Part shown: piece after piece, positions 8,301 to 18,328 of the stretch
How the letters are laid out: each line of letters begins with the position of its first letter
How positions within the stretch are numbered: position 1 is the stretch's first letter
Assembly (NCBI GenBank): GCA_026985555.1
Contig: JALSQF010000007.1
Coordinates: forward strand, 1,099-65,098
Direction of reading: 5' to 3'
Length of the DNA stretch: 64,000 nt
Source of the DNA: Candidatus Moraniibacteriota bacterium
GTDB lineage: Bacteria; Patescibacteriota; Minisyncoccia; Moranbacterales; UBA9337
The notes under the pieces: generated by a model
The model's input: the letters and a program-made list of their open reading frames with translations, nothing else
Databases searched by the model: none
Told to the model about the DNA's origin: nothing
Made by a program: the position numbers and the translations under genes

Positions 8301-10199
8301 ATGTTTTTAAAAAATAAACCAACAAATAAATTTTTTCAAAAAACAAACGAAATAGAAGATGCCGTGCTTTCTCTTTCTGAAAAAGAAGTAACTATTATTG
8401 AAAAAAAGCCTCATCTTTTTTGGTTAAATTTTTTTTGGTGGATAATAATATTATTCTTATTAATATTGAGTGGAAGAGTTTTCTATTTAACTGTGGTAAG
8501 AGGTAATTATTATAATAAACTTGCTCAGAAAAATAAAATTCGTTCTTTAATTATAAAAGCTCCACGTGGCTTAATTTATGATTATAAAAGAAGATTATTA
8601 GTGCATAATATTCCAAGTATGAACGTAGTTGTTTATCCTTATGATCTTCCTTCTCAAAGTAAAAAAAGAAAAGAAATAGCAGAAAAATTAGCTAAAATAT
8701 TAAAAATTAATAGAGGTGAGATTTGGGGAATACTAGAAAATAGTGAGAAAAACATTGATAAAATTTATATATTAAAAAAAGGTGTTTCTTATGATGAATC
8801 TTTAAAAATAATAGAAAGAGCATCAGAGTTTCCTGGTGTTAAAATTGAAAAAGATGCTTTACGTCAATATGTGGATGGAATGATTTTTTCTCATTTAATT
8901 GGTTATACTGGGAAAATAGAGAAAAATGAATTAGATAAATTAAAAAAATATGGATATTTTATGTTTGATGATATTGGCAAAAGTGGTTTAGAAAAGTCTT
9001 ATGAAAAAATTTTGCGCGGAAAATTTGGTTATAAAAAAATAGAAGTTGATGCACAGGGGAAAATGAAGACAAGCTTAGGAGAACAAAGTCCTCAACCAGG
9101 AAATGATTTAGTTTTAAATATAGATGCGGATTTACAAAAAAAAATTTATGATGTTTTATCTCAAATATTAGAAAAAGAAAAATTAAAAGCAGCAGCGGCA
9201 GTAGCTTTAAATCCTAAAAATGGTGGAGTGCTAGCTTTGGTTAGCCTTCCTAGCTATGATAATAATCTTTTTGCACAAGGAATAACTTTAAAAGATTATC
9301 AGAAGTTGATTACTAATCCTTTAAAACCAATGTATAATAGAGCTCTAACAGGAGAATATCCACCAGGGTCCACTATAAAACCATTGTTAGCAGCAGCTGC
9401 GTTGAAAGAAGGTGTTATTACAGAGCATACGCAAATAGAAAGTAAAGGTGGAATTAAAGTAGGTAAATATTATTTTGGAGATTGGAAAGCTCATGGCTGG
9501 ACTGATGTTAGAAGAGCCATTGCTGTTTCTAGTGATGTTTTCTTTTATTCAGTAGGGGGAGGATATGGAAATATTAAAGGAATGGGAATGAGCACTATGA
9601 AGAAATATGAAGAATTATTTGGCTTAAATCATTTAACAGGAATAGATCTTCCAAATGAATCTACAGGTTTTATTCCTGACGAAAATTGGAAAAAACAAAA
9701 ATTTAATGAGCCTTGGTATAGAGGAAATAGTTATCATGCTGCTATTGGTCAAGGGTATATTACTGTTACTCCTTTACAAATTGCTAATTATATTTCGGCT
9801 ATAGCTAACAAGGGAACGTTATTTAAACCAAGAGTAGTTTCTCAAATTATTAAAAATAATGGTGAAACAATTAACTTGCCTCCTCAGATAATTAGGAAAA
9901 ATTTCATAGATAAATCTATTTTAAAAATAGTTAGAGAAGGTATGCGTATGACTATTACTCAAGGAACAGCTCAAATGTTAAAAGAATTACCAGTGGAAGT
10001 GGCTGGTAAAACAGGAACAGCTCAGTTTGGAAATAAAAACAAAACTCATGGTTGGTTTGTTTCTTTTGCTCCTTATAAAGATCCTAAAATAGTATTAGTT
10101 ATCTTATTTGAAAATCAAGAGGGACATGGATACTATGCTGTTCCTGCTACAAAAGAAATATATCAGTGGTATTTTCAAAATAAAAAAATACAAGAGTAA
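8301..10199 (+). CDS. mrdA: Penicillin-binding protein 2
   Basis: APRGLIYD, GKSGLEKSYE, YPPGSTIK (SxxK), SSD (SxN/D), KTGTAQ. Confidence 0.95.
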   Translation: MFLKNKPTNKFFQKTNEIEDAVLSLSEKEVTIIEKKPHLFWLNFFWWIIILFLLILSGRVFYLTVVRGNYYNKLAQKNKIRSLIIKAPRGLIYDYKRRLLVHNIPSMNVVVYPYDLPSQSKKRKEIAEKLAKILKINRGEIWGILENSEKNIDKIYILKKGVSYDESLKIIERASEFPGVKIEKDALRQYVDGMIFSHLIGYTGKIEKNELDKLKKYGYFMFDDIGKSGLEKSYEKILRGKFGYKKIEVDAQGKMKTSLGEQSPQPGNDLVLNIDADLQKKIYDVLSQILEKEKLKAAAAVALNPKNGGVLALVSLPSYDNNLFAQGITLKDYQKLITNPLKPMYNRALTGEYPPGSTIKPLLAAAALKEGVITEHTQIESKGGIKVGKYYFGDWKAHGWTDVRRAIAVSSDVFFYSVGGGYGNIKGMGMSTMKKYEELFGLNHLTGIDLPNESTGFIPDENWKKQKFNEPWYRGNSYHAAIGQGYITVTPLQIANYISAIANKGTLFKPRVVSQIIKNNGETINLPPQIIRKNFIDKSILKIVREGMRMTITQGTAQMLKELPVEVAGKTGTAQFGNKNKTHGWFVSFAPYKDPKIVLVILFENQEGHGYYAVPATKEIYQWYFQNKKIQE

Positions 10200-10211
10200 A
10201 AGTTTATTATT

Positions 10212-11519
10212 TTATTCTTGTTTGTTTAGTAAAAATAAAGCTATACGATTATAAAAAATGGTTAGAATTAGTTTGCTACTTGCTAAAGATATAAATAACC
10301 ACTCAATGGTAAAGGAGTTATTTATATAGGCAATGAAAATCAAAAAAATAAAAACAAACAAAGCTAAAATTGTTCCTTTGTTTTGGTAATAATATCCAGA
10401 AGAATGTAAACTAGCTAAAATCCATCCGTATAAATTGGCGCTAAAATGAAATAAAAAATAAAAACTTAAGATTATAAGCCAATTCCAATGAAGAGGATAA
10501 TCTTTTCCAAAAAAATAAAAAAGAATGCGCATTAAAAAAATATAACCAATAAAAATAGGAAGAGATAATTTTATTAAAAATTGATTGATTTTATTATAAA
10601 TTTTTTTCTTATTAACCAATTTAGTAATAGATGGGAAAAACACATTAACGAAAAGTTGAATAAGTCTAGCGCTTAATAAAATAGAAATAGTATAATAAGC
10701 CGAATATATTCCTAACTGATATGTTCCTAAAAGAGTGATGATAACAATTTTATCCAAACCTTTAAAAACTAAAGTGCTTAAAGAATTAATTATTCCGTAG
10801 CGAGAATAATTAAAGATTTGACGAATGTTTTTAAGGTAAACTAAAGATAAAGAAAAGTATTTTCTAATATAATGAAAATAAAGGAGAATTAAAATCGTTC
10901 CTCCAATTAAAATAGCAACTAAATAACTTTTATAAGTGGATTGTTTTAATAAAAAAATATTAAAAACTAATATCAATAATACAGAAATTCCTTCAGTTAT
11001 TTTAGATATAGATTGATATTTGAATTTTTTAGATCCCCGAATAATGGCTTCAGCTATTCTTTTATTAGCAATCAATAATCCTAACAATAATGAAGATAAT
11101 AAAATAGTTAAATTAACCCCCTCAATGTTTAAAAGAAAAAAAGAAGATAATATTAAAAGAGAAAATATTGTTAAACAAAGAAAGATAAAAAGAAAATAAA
11201 AAGAAGAAATATATTTTATTCTTTTCTTTTTCTCTGGATACTTAGAAATAAAGTAAGTTATTCCTGTATCAATATCTAAAACTAATAGTATGGAAAGTAT
11301 ATTGCCAATAGCTAAAATAAAATTATATTTCCCATATTCTTCCGGTCCTAACCAACGTCCAGCTAAAATATTAGCTAAAAACAAAAAGGAAAAAGCCAAT
11401 AAACCTCCTCCCATTGACCAAAAACTATTATGTAAAAATTTTTGAACATTTTTTCCTGGTAGTTGTTGAAAAACTATTTGATAAAAATGATTCAATAGAA
11501 TATTTTTTTTATTAAACAT
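10212..11519 (-). CDS. Oligosaccharide flippase (Wzx/MOP family)
   Basis: Multi-TM; RWLGPEEYG, DKIVI..LLG..LGIYS. Confidence 0.88.
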   Translation of the reverse strand: MFNKKNILLNHFYQIVFQQLPGKNVQKFLHNSFWSMGGGLLAFSFLFLANILAGRWLGPEEYGKYNFILAIGNILSILLVLDIDTGITYFISKYPEKKKRIKYISSFYFLFIFLCLTIFSLLILSSFFLLNIEGVNLTILLSSLLLGLLIANKRIAEAIIRGSKKFKYQSISKITEGISVLLILVFNIFLLKQSTYKSYLVAILIGGTILILLYFHYIRKYFSLSLVYLKNIRQIFNYSRYGIINSLSTLVFKGLDKIVIITLLGTYQLGIYSAYYTISILLSARLIQLFVNVFFPSITKLVNKKKIYNKINQFLIKLSLPIFIGYIFLMRILFYFFGKDYPLHWNWLIILSFYFLFHFSANLYGWILASLHSSGYYYQNKGTILALFVFIFLIFIAYINNSFTIEWLFISLASSKLILTIFYNRIALFLLNKQE

Positions 11520-11521
11520 AT

Positions 11522-12793
11522 TTATATTTTTTTGTTTTCGTTTTCTTTAATAACTTCCTTATATATTTGAAAAAGTTTTTTGTAATATAATTCTTCGTTG
11601 TTTATTTTATGCACACGTTGAAAGGCTTTCTTCCCCATTTCCTTTGCTTTCTGAGGATTGGAAATTAATTTTAATATTTTTTCAGCCAAATCTATTTTGT
11701 CTCTAGCTTCAAAAATAAGTCCACTTTTTTCGTTTTCAATCATTTCTGGTGTTCCTCCTAGATTGGATACAATTACTGGTGTGCCAAAGGCCATTGATTC
11801 AGAAATGGCTACAGGAGAGTTGTCGTACCAAATTGAAGGAAGAACAGTAAAACGAGCTTTTTGAAAAATATTTTTCCAATCCCGAGTATTTTTAGCTAAA
11901 AATCCTTTAAATTTTACGACATCGGTTATGTTTAACTTTTGAGCTAATTGGTGAAGTTTTTTTTCGGATGGTCCTTTTCCTACGATTAACAATTTATGAT
12001 TAAATAATTGTTGATTATTTTTTAAAAAAGCAACTGCTTTTAATAAAATATCTAATCCTTTTTCTTCGGATATTCTACCTACGTAAGCAAAATAATTTCT
12101 CTTTTCAAAATCAGCTTCAAATTGAGAAAAATTAAGCACATTGCGTAAAAGACTTATTTTTTTAGAAGGTATTCCCGCTGAAGAAACTATATCTATCATA
12201 AACTGACTAGGAGCTAAAAAGCGATTAACTTTAGTGTAAGTTTTTTTCCATTTATGGAAATAAGCTTCTAACATAGCTACGAAACTTATAGCATAAGAAT
12301 CTTTTAAACATTTATGTATAAATGTATTGTAATATCTTCCTTGCAAGCATTTTTGGCAAATATGTCCTTGTGTAAATAATTTATAATTAGGGCAAACGAT
12401 CTTATAATCAGATAATTTAAATACAATTGGAATATGATATTTTTTTAAAGAATCTATAATAGAAGGCGTAATATAATGATAAATATTGTGAATATGGGCT
12501 ATATCGGGTTTTTCTTTTTGAAGAAGTATTTCTAATTTTTTTTTCGCTTCACGATTATAAATAGAACGTATTCCTAATTTTATTTTCTCTCTAAAATTTT
12601 TAGTTTGATTAATATCAAAATGAGAAATAAAATATTTACTATAAGGAGATTTTTCATTAGTTTTATCCTGCATTGAAAATATAATAACTTGGTGTCCTCT
12701 TTCTTCTAATAGTTTTTTAGTTTCAAAAAAGGCTGAAACTGATCCGCCTCCTCGTTGAAAACTATAATATTTATGAATTTGAAGTATTTTCAT
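11522..12793 (-). CDS. Family 4 glycosyltransferase
   Basis: KPDIAHIHN, GRISEEKG, PSIWYDNSPVAISESMAFGTPV. Confidence 0.92.
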   Translation of the reverse strand: MKILQIHKYYSFQRGGGSVSAFFETKKLLEERGHQVIIFSMQDKTNEKSPYSKYFISHFDINQTKNFREKIKLGIRSIYNREAKKKLEILLQKEKPDIAHIHNIYHYITPSIIDSLKKYHIPIVFKLSDYKIVCPNYKLFTQGHICQKCLQGRYYNTFIHKCLKDSYAISFVAMLEAYFHKWKKTYTKVNRFLAPSQFMIDIVSSAGIPSKKISLLRNVLNFSQFEADFEKRNYFAYVGRISEEKGLDILLKAVAFLKNNQQLFNHKLLIVGKGPSEKKLHQLAQKLNITDVVKFKGFLAKNTRDWKNIFQKARFTVLPSIWYDNSPVAISESMAFGTPVIVSNLGGTPEMIENEKSGLIFEARDKIDLAEKILKLISNPQKAKEMGKKAFQRVHKINNEELYYKKLFQIYKEVIKENENKKI

Positions 12794-12821
12794 AAAACAG
12801 CTAGATATTACTAAACTTTCT

Positions 12822-12848
12822 TGTTATAATAGTAACTACATTATAACA
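12822..12848. promoter_or_regulatory. Pair of inverted extended -10 boxes for divergent genes
   Basis: TGTTATAAT (+, 12822-12830) and its reverse complement ATTATAACA (12840-12848). Confidence 0.55.
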
Positions 12849-12883
12849 TAAGATAGTTTATTTAAATAATAATTAGATAAGTT

Positions 12884-14248
12884 ATGAATAATTTTTTTCA
12901 AAAAACTGTGGGATTAGTATTGATAGTAGGTCTTTTATTTATTTTACTTTTAAGCTTTTTTCTTAATTGGAATATACTTACCACAATCTTTTTTCTGTTA
13001 GTGTGGATTTTCTTGCCAATTATTTTTAGTAATCCACTCTTAGGTTTTTTTATTTTTCTAATCATACGTCCTTCAATAGATACTATTTCTAATCAATATA
13101 ATTTACATTTAAGTGAAAATATTAGCATTAATTTAGCTTCTGCTATGGGAATTTTTGTTATATTTTTTACTTTATTTTATATAATAAAAAATCGTCTTAA
13201 TATTTTAAAAATTCCTTTATTCTGGATAATGATTTTTTTTTGGTTAGTTGTTAATATTAGTATTTTTTATTCTTTAAGTCCTTTAGCTAGCATACATGAA
13301 TCTGTTCGTGTGTTGAGTATTTTCTCTCTTTTTTTTCTAGCTTATTTTTTAGGAAATAATTTTCAAAACAGAAAGAAAATTATAAAAAGTATTTTAATTT
13401 CTGCTTGTATCCCAGTAATTTGGGCCATTATTCAGTTACTTACACACAGTGGATTAGGGGGAACATCTGGAATTGAAAGTCGTCTTTATGGAACGTTTGT
13501 GCATCCCAACTCTTTTGCTTCCTTTTTGATTATTATCTTTGTTTTAACTTTTTATTTTGTATGGAAATATAAGCAAGAATATGATTCAAAAAAAATTTAT
13601 TTTTGGTTGTATCTGGGATTGTTATTTATCATAAGTTTTTTATTGTTAGAAACCTTTAGTAGAGGAGCTTGGTTAGCTATGCTAACATTTTTTTTGTTAT
13701 TCGGAACTATTCGTTCTCCTAAAATTATTGTATTTTTAGGAGGTTTTTTAATTTTTTTATTCTTCACTATGCCTACTTTTCACGATAGAATAGAGGATAT
13801 TTATAATCCACCAGCAGATAGTTCTATTGTGTGGCGTTTTCAAAAATGGCAACGAGTTTTTAGCGTAATTAAAAAACATCCTTGGATAGGAGTAGGAGCA
13901 GGAACAGAAGTTCTTGTTCACGAAAAAGAATATGGATATTATGCGGGAAATCCTTATACACACAATGATTTTCTGAAAATATGGTTGGAAAATGGAATGC
14001 TAGGTTTGATTGCCTATTTAGCTTTAATATTTAGTGTCATTGTTCAACTTATAAAAAAATATTATCAAAGCAAAAGTGATAATGATAAATTTTTATTTTT
14101 AATAGCCATACTTTTATTTTTAGCGGAACTAGTTTTTTCTATGAGTAGTAATATTTGGCGAGGTACAGCTACTATGTGGATATTGTGGGCTTTTTTAGGG
14201 ACAATATTAAGTATTTCTGTTTCATCTAAAAAAAAGATAATTTATTAA
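12884..14248 (+). CDS. O-antigen ligase/polymerase (Wzy_C) family membrane protein
   Basis: RLYGTFVHPN, TFSRGAW, HPWIGVG, HNDFL...ENG. Confidence 0.88.
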   Translation: MNNFFQKTVGLVLIVGLLFILLLSFFLNWNILTTIFFLLVWIFLPIIFSNPLLGFFIFLIIRPSIDTISNQYNLHLSENISINLASAMGIFVIFFTLFYIIKNRLNILKIPLFWIMIFFWLVVNISIFYSLSPLASIHESVRVLSIFSLFFLAYFLGNNFQNRKKIIKSILISACIPVIWAIIQLLTHSGLGGTSGIESRLYGTFVHPNSFASFLIIIFVLTFYFVWKYKQEYDSKKIYFWLYLGLLFIISFLLLETFSRGAWLAMLTFFLLFGTIRSPKIIVFLGGFLIFLFFTMPTFHDRIEDIYNPPADSSIVWRFQKWQRVFSVIKKHPWIGVGAGTEVLVHEKEYGYYAGNPYTHNDFLKIWLENGMLGLIAYLALIFSVIVQLIKKYYQSKSDNDKFLFLIAILLFLAELVFSMSSNIWRGTATMWILWAFLGTILSISVSSKKKIIY

Positions 14249-14325
14249 TTTTTTTAGATATTGATTTTAAAAATATGTTATAATAAAAAAACTGTTATAT
14301 AGAAACAAAAATTAAAAAATAAAAT

Positions 14326-15069
14326 ATGTTTTTAGCCAAAGAAAGAAACCAAAAGAAAAGGAAGAGAACAAAAAGAAAAAAAACAATTAAAAGAAAACAA
14401 AACAAAAAAAGAAGTACTCTTTTCTTTTTAACTTTTTTTTCAAAAAAGAAAAAGACTAAGAAAAAGAAAAAAACAAAGAGAAAAAGAACAACAAAATCAA
14501 AAAATTTTTTATGGGTTAAATTAATTAAAATAAACTATGAAAGAATTACTCAAAAAATAGCTTTAATTGCTTTATTGTCATTGTTTTTTTTGATTATTTT
14601 TATAAATTATCAAACCATAGCTATTTCCTTGACCATAGAAACCAATGAGCACATAACGAAAATGATAAAAATTAATCAAAAAATTAAACAGCAAGAAGTT
14701 TGTTTGGAAAACGATTTAGATCTTTTAAAAGAGCATACTTTAACACTTAATGAAAGAAAAAAAATAATGCAAGATTTACGCGCTATGAACGAAATAAGCG
14801 CTGAAGTTTATCATGAAGTTTTTTCTTTTGAAAATGATTTAAGTGTTAATTTATGGATTCAAAAAAATAACTTTAATTCTATAATCAAAGCTTATAATAA
14901 TGCTAGAGTTTTAAAAATAGACGCTGATAATCTTACTCAAGATTTAAGATATTTGGTTTTCCTTGGTCATGTTAATTCTTTTCAATTAAAACTTACCGAA
15001 AAAGATTTAATTTTATTAAAGGAAAAATCTTCTTTAGTGGAAGAAAATTTATTTTTTCTTAAAAAATAA
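14326..15069 (+). CDS. Hypothetical bitopic membrane protein with very basic N-terminus
   Basis: 247-aa ORF, K/R-rich first ~60 aa, one TM, helical C-terminus; TGTTATAAT upstream. Confidence 0.7.
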   Translation: MFLAKERNQKKRKRTKRKKTIKRKQNKKRSTLFFLTFFSKKKKTKKKKKTKRKRTTKSKNFLWVKLIKINYERITQKIALIALLSLFFLIIFINYQTIAISLTIETNEHITKMIKINQKIKQQEVCLENDLDLLKEHTLTLNERKKIMQDLRAMNEISAEVYHEVFSFENDLSVNLWIQKNNFNSIIKAYNNARVLKIDADNLTQDLRYLVFLGHVNSFQLKLTEKDLILLKEKSSLVEENLFFLKK

Positions 15070-15110
15070 AATTTATTTTTTGTTAATTGTAAAATGTTTA
15101 ATTTAAATTT

Positions 15111-17138
15111 ATGAAATTATTCAAAAAATATTATTACTGGCTAATCATAGTAGTATCTTTTGTGTTTTTGTTTATTTCTATTTTTAATGCTCAAAATGAT
15201 GCCTTAACTTTTGATGAAGTAGCGCATATTCCGGCAGGATATTCTTATTTAACTTTGCATGATATGCGTCTTAATCCAGAACATCCTCCTCTTATTAAAG
15301 ATTTAGCGGCTTTTTCGTTATTATTTCAAAAATTAAGGTTTAATATAGAAAAAGATTTCTGGAAAAAAGATATTAATGGACAATGGGAGGCGGGACATGA
15401 TTTATTATGGCAAGAAAATAATGATCCAGATAAAATTGCTTTTTGGTCCCGGTTGCCCATCATAATAATTTCTTTATTATTAGGTTTATTTATTTTTAAA
15501 TGGACAAAAGAATTAGCAGGTGTTTATGCGGGATTGCTAGCTTTTTTACTTTATTCTTTTGATCCTAATATTTTAGGACATAATCATTTTGTTACAACTG
15601 ATATTGGTATTGCAGCTTTTTTAACTTTTTCTTTTTATTATTTTGTTAAATTTATAGTTAATCCTAATTGGAAGAATACATTTTGGGGTGGTATTTTTTT
15701 AGGGTTAGCCCATGTAGCAAAATTTTCATCTATTACTCTTATTCCTTTATATGGATTAATTTTATTTTCCTATCCCTTACTTAAAGCAGAAAAGGAAGAG
15801 AAAAAGTTGTCTTTTAAAAATATTGTTAAAAAACGATTATTAAAATTAAGTCAGTATTTATTAAAAGGATCAGTAGCTTTTCTGTTATCTTTTTTGATTA
15901 TTTGGCTAGTTTATTTACCTAGTGTTTGGTCAGCTTCTCCTCAATTTTTAGAAAAAACCATACAGCATTATATTCCACGGAATACTTTTGTTAATAATTG
16001 GTTGATTTTTTTGAATCATTATTGGACAACACGTCCTTTTAGTGAATATGGGTTGGGGTTAGCTATGGTTTTTCAGAGAGTAGCAGGTGGAAATGGGGCT
16101 TATTATTTCGGACAAGTTTCTAGCCAAGCGTTTCCTTCTTATTTTCCGGTGGTTTTTCTAATGAAGGAAACTTTAGCTTTTTTATCTTTTCTGTTTATTA
16201 CTTTTTTAGCAGGGCTATACTTTTTACCTAAAATTTGCAAAAGCATTTTAAATTGGTTGAAACCAAGCACCGCTAAAATCAAAGAAAATTCTAATCAAAC
16301 AGATTTTGTTTTAGTTAGTTTAATTCTTCTCTGGGGATATTTCTTGTTATATAGTTATATTAGTATAACAGGAAATCTGAATATTGGTTTACGTCATCTT
16401 TTTCCCGTTTTTCCTCCTTTAATTATTTTAGTTGCTGTTACCATAATTAAATTGGAAAAAATATTTTTTCATCGTTATCGTGTGGTATATCAAACTAGTA
16501 TAGTTATTCTATTAGCTCTATTAATTTTAGAAACTCTTAGCGCTTATCCTTATTACTTATCTTTCTTTAATAAGGCTGTGGGTGGACCTAAAAATGGTTA
16601 TCACTATGTAACTGATTCTAATGCTGATTGGGGACAAGATTTAAAAAGATTGAAAAAGTGGTTAGATCAACATCCAGAAATTAAAAAAATTAAAGTTGAT
16701 TATTTTGGTGGAGGTAATCCTCAATATTATTTAGGTAATAGATTTGAACCTTGGTGGGATAGCAAGCGACCTATAGAATCTGGATATTATGCTATCTCTA
16801 CTAATTTTCTAATGGGAAGTCTTTATGATAAAGAAAAAAAGGATAATCAAAGTTATCGTTGGATTTTGAAAAATAATCTCCATCCTATTTATCAAATAGG
16901 AACGTCTATTCTTGTTTATTATATTTCACCTCAAGAAGAAAAAACAATTCAGCTATCTCATAAAATAAGAAAGTGTCCAGAAGAATGGATAATTAATGCA
17001 ATGCCAACAATCCAATCAAAAGAAAATCAAAAAAACAAAGAGTATTTTATTTATAAAGGAAAAAGCTATAAAAAAGAAGAATTTGATTTAGATTGGGTTA
17101 AAAATAATTGTGAAGTTAAAAAAATAATTGCTTATTAA
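15111..17138 (+). CDS. GT-C fold (PMT/ArnT-like, GT39/83) lipid-carrier-dependent glycosyltransferase
   Basis: TFDEVAH, NPEHPPL, VTTD, AKFS, DSNADWGQDL; multi-TM. Confidence 0.88.
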   Translation: MKLFKKYYYWLIIVVSFVFLFISIFNAQNDALTFDEVAHIPAGYSYLTLHDMRLNPEHPPLIKDLAAFSLLFQKLRFNIEKDFWKKDINGQWEAGHDLLWQENNDPDKIAFWSRLPIIIISLLLGLFIFKWTKELAGVYAGLLAFLLYSFDPNILGHNHFVTTDIGIAAFLTFSFYYFVKFIVNPNWKNTFWGGIFLGLAHVAKFSSITLIPLYGLILFSYPLLKAEKEEKKLSFKNIVKKRLLKLSQYLLKGSVAFLLSFLIIWLVYLPSVWSASPQFLEKTIQHYIPRNTFVNNWLIFLNHYWTTRPFSEYGLGLAMVFQRVAGGNGAYYFGQVSSQAFPSYFPVVFLMKETLAFLSFLFITFLAGLYFLPKICKSILNWLKPSTAKIKENSNQTDFVLVSLILLWGYFLLYSYISITGNLNIGLRHLFPVFPPLIILVAVTIIKLEKIFFHRYRVVYQTSIVILLALLILETLSAYPYYLSFFNKAVGGPKNGYHYVTDSNADWGQDLKRLKKWLDQHPEIKKIKVDYFGGGNPQYYLGNRFEPWWDSKRPIESGYYAISTNFLMGSLYDKEKKDNQSYRWILKNNLHPIYQIGTSILVYYISPQEEKTIQLSHKIRKCPEEWIINAMPTIQSKENQKNKEYFIYKGKSYKKEEFDLDWVKNNCEVKKIIAY

Positions 17139-17141
17139 TTT

Positions 17142-18260
17142 TTAATTTAACAAAAAATCTAATGTTTCTTGGGCGCACTTTTCCCAAGAAAAATTTTTAA
17201 TCCAATTTTTTCCTTCGGCTATCATTTTTTCTTGTAGTATCTTATTGTAAAGCACATTTTCAATCAATTTAGCTAATTCATTTATGTTTTTTTCTGAAAA
17301 ATATTGAACAGCTTTTCCTCCTACTTCTGTTAAACTAGAATTGCGCGCTGCAAGCGTAGGTGTATTGCTAGCTAAAGCTTCTAAAATGGGGATACCAAAT
17401 CCTTCATAAAAAGAAGGAAAAACAAAGAGAGAGGCGTTTTGATACAAGGTAGTTATCTCTTGAAAATTTATTTTTCCAGTTAAAATAATGTCTTGAGAAA
17501 AAGGACTATTTTGAATAGTTTGAATAGTTTTTTTCCATTGCCAAGCTTTTTCTCCTGCTAAAACTAATTTAAAAGAGGACAAATTGTTTTTTTTAAAAAT
17601 TTCAAAGGCTTGAATAAGAGTTATTAAATTTTTTCTGGGTTGAATAGCTCCTACATATAAAATAAATTGTGATTTGTGGAGATTGAATTTTTTTAGAATT
17701 TTATTTGTTACATCCTTTTTGGGTTGTTTGAAAAACAAAGATTTATCAAAACCATGATAAATAACTTTAATCTTTTCTTCTTTAATATGAGGATAAAAAT
17801 TTAAAATATCTTGTTTGGTAGAATGTGAAACAGCAATGATTTTAGTTGATTTCTTGATAGCTAGATCAGTTAATATATTAAGTTTAGAAAGATTTTTAAA
17901 AGTAAAATATTGAGGAAATTTTTTAAAAGCAAGATCATGAATAGTAACTATTGTTTTAAGTCGTTTTTTTCTAAGCAAAGGAATATTATGCATTGGCATC
18001 CAAAGAATATCAACATTCTCTTTCCAGATATTCCAAGAAAAACTAGTTTGAGTCCATAAAAGGGGAAAATTAATTTTTTTAAAATAATAATTAGAAAAAT
18101 TAGGAGGGGTAAGTTGAGAATTAAATTTATTTTTATGATAAATTAAAAAATCGTTTTGAGGAGAAAGTTTACCAAAATATTTTAAAAGATTATAAAGATA
18201 AACTCTTGTTCCATCAATACGATTGTTATCTAAATCAGCTGCTTGGATTGCAATTTTCAT
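17142..18260 (-). CDS. Family 4 glycosyltransferase (MtfB/WbaZ-like)
   Basis: TIHDL, VGAIQPRKN, FPSFYEGFGIPILEA, FSWEKCA. Confidence 0.92.
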   Translation of the reverse strand: MKIAIQAADLDNNRIDGTRVYLYNLLKYFGKLSPQNDFLIYHKNKFNSQLTPPNFSNYYFKKINFPLLWTQTSFSWNIWKENVDILWMPMHNIPLLRKKRLKTIVTIHDLAFKKFPQYFTFKNLSKLNILTDLAIKKSTKIIAVSHSTKQDILNFYPHIKEEKIKVIYHGFDKSLFFKQPKKDVTNKILKKFNLHKSQFILYVGAIQPRKNLITLIQAFEIFKKNNLSSFKLVLAGEKAWQWKKTIQTIQNSPFSQDIILTGKINFQEITTLYQNASLFVFPSFYEGFGIPILEALASNTPTLAARNSSLTEVGGKAVQYFSEKNINELAKLIENVLYNKILQEKMIAEGKNWIKNFSWEKCAQETLDFLLN

Positions 18261-18328
18261 TTATCTTTAAATTAGTTAGAAATAATGATATAATTATAAT
18301 ATAAAAACAGGAAATAAAAAATAAATAT

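Noticed and set aside
11658-11864. 68-aa + strand ORF
   Set aside because: Antisense shadow inside the GT4 gene
13757-13963. 68-aa - strand ORF
   Set aside because: Antisense shadow inside the ligase-like gene
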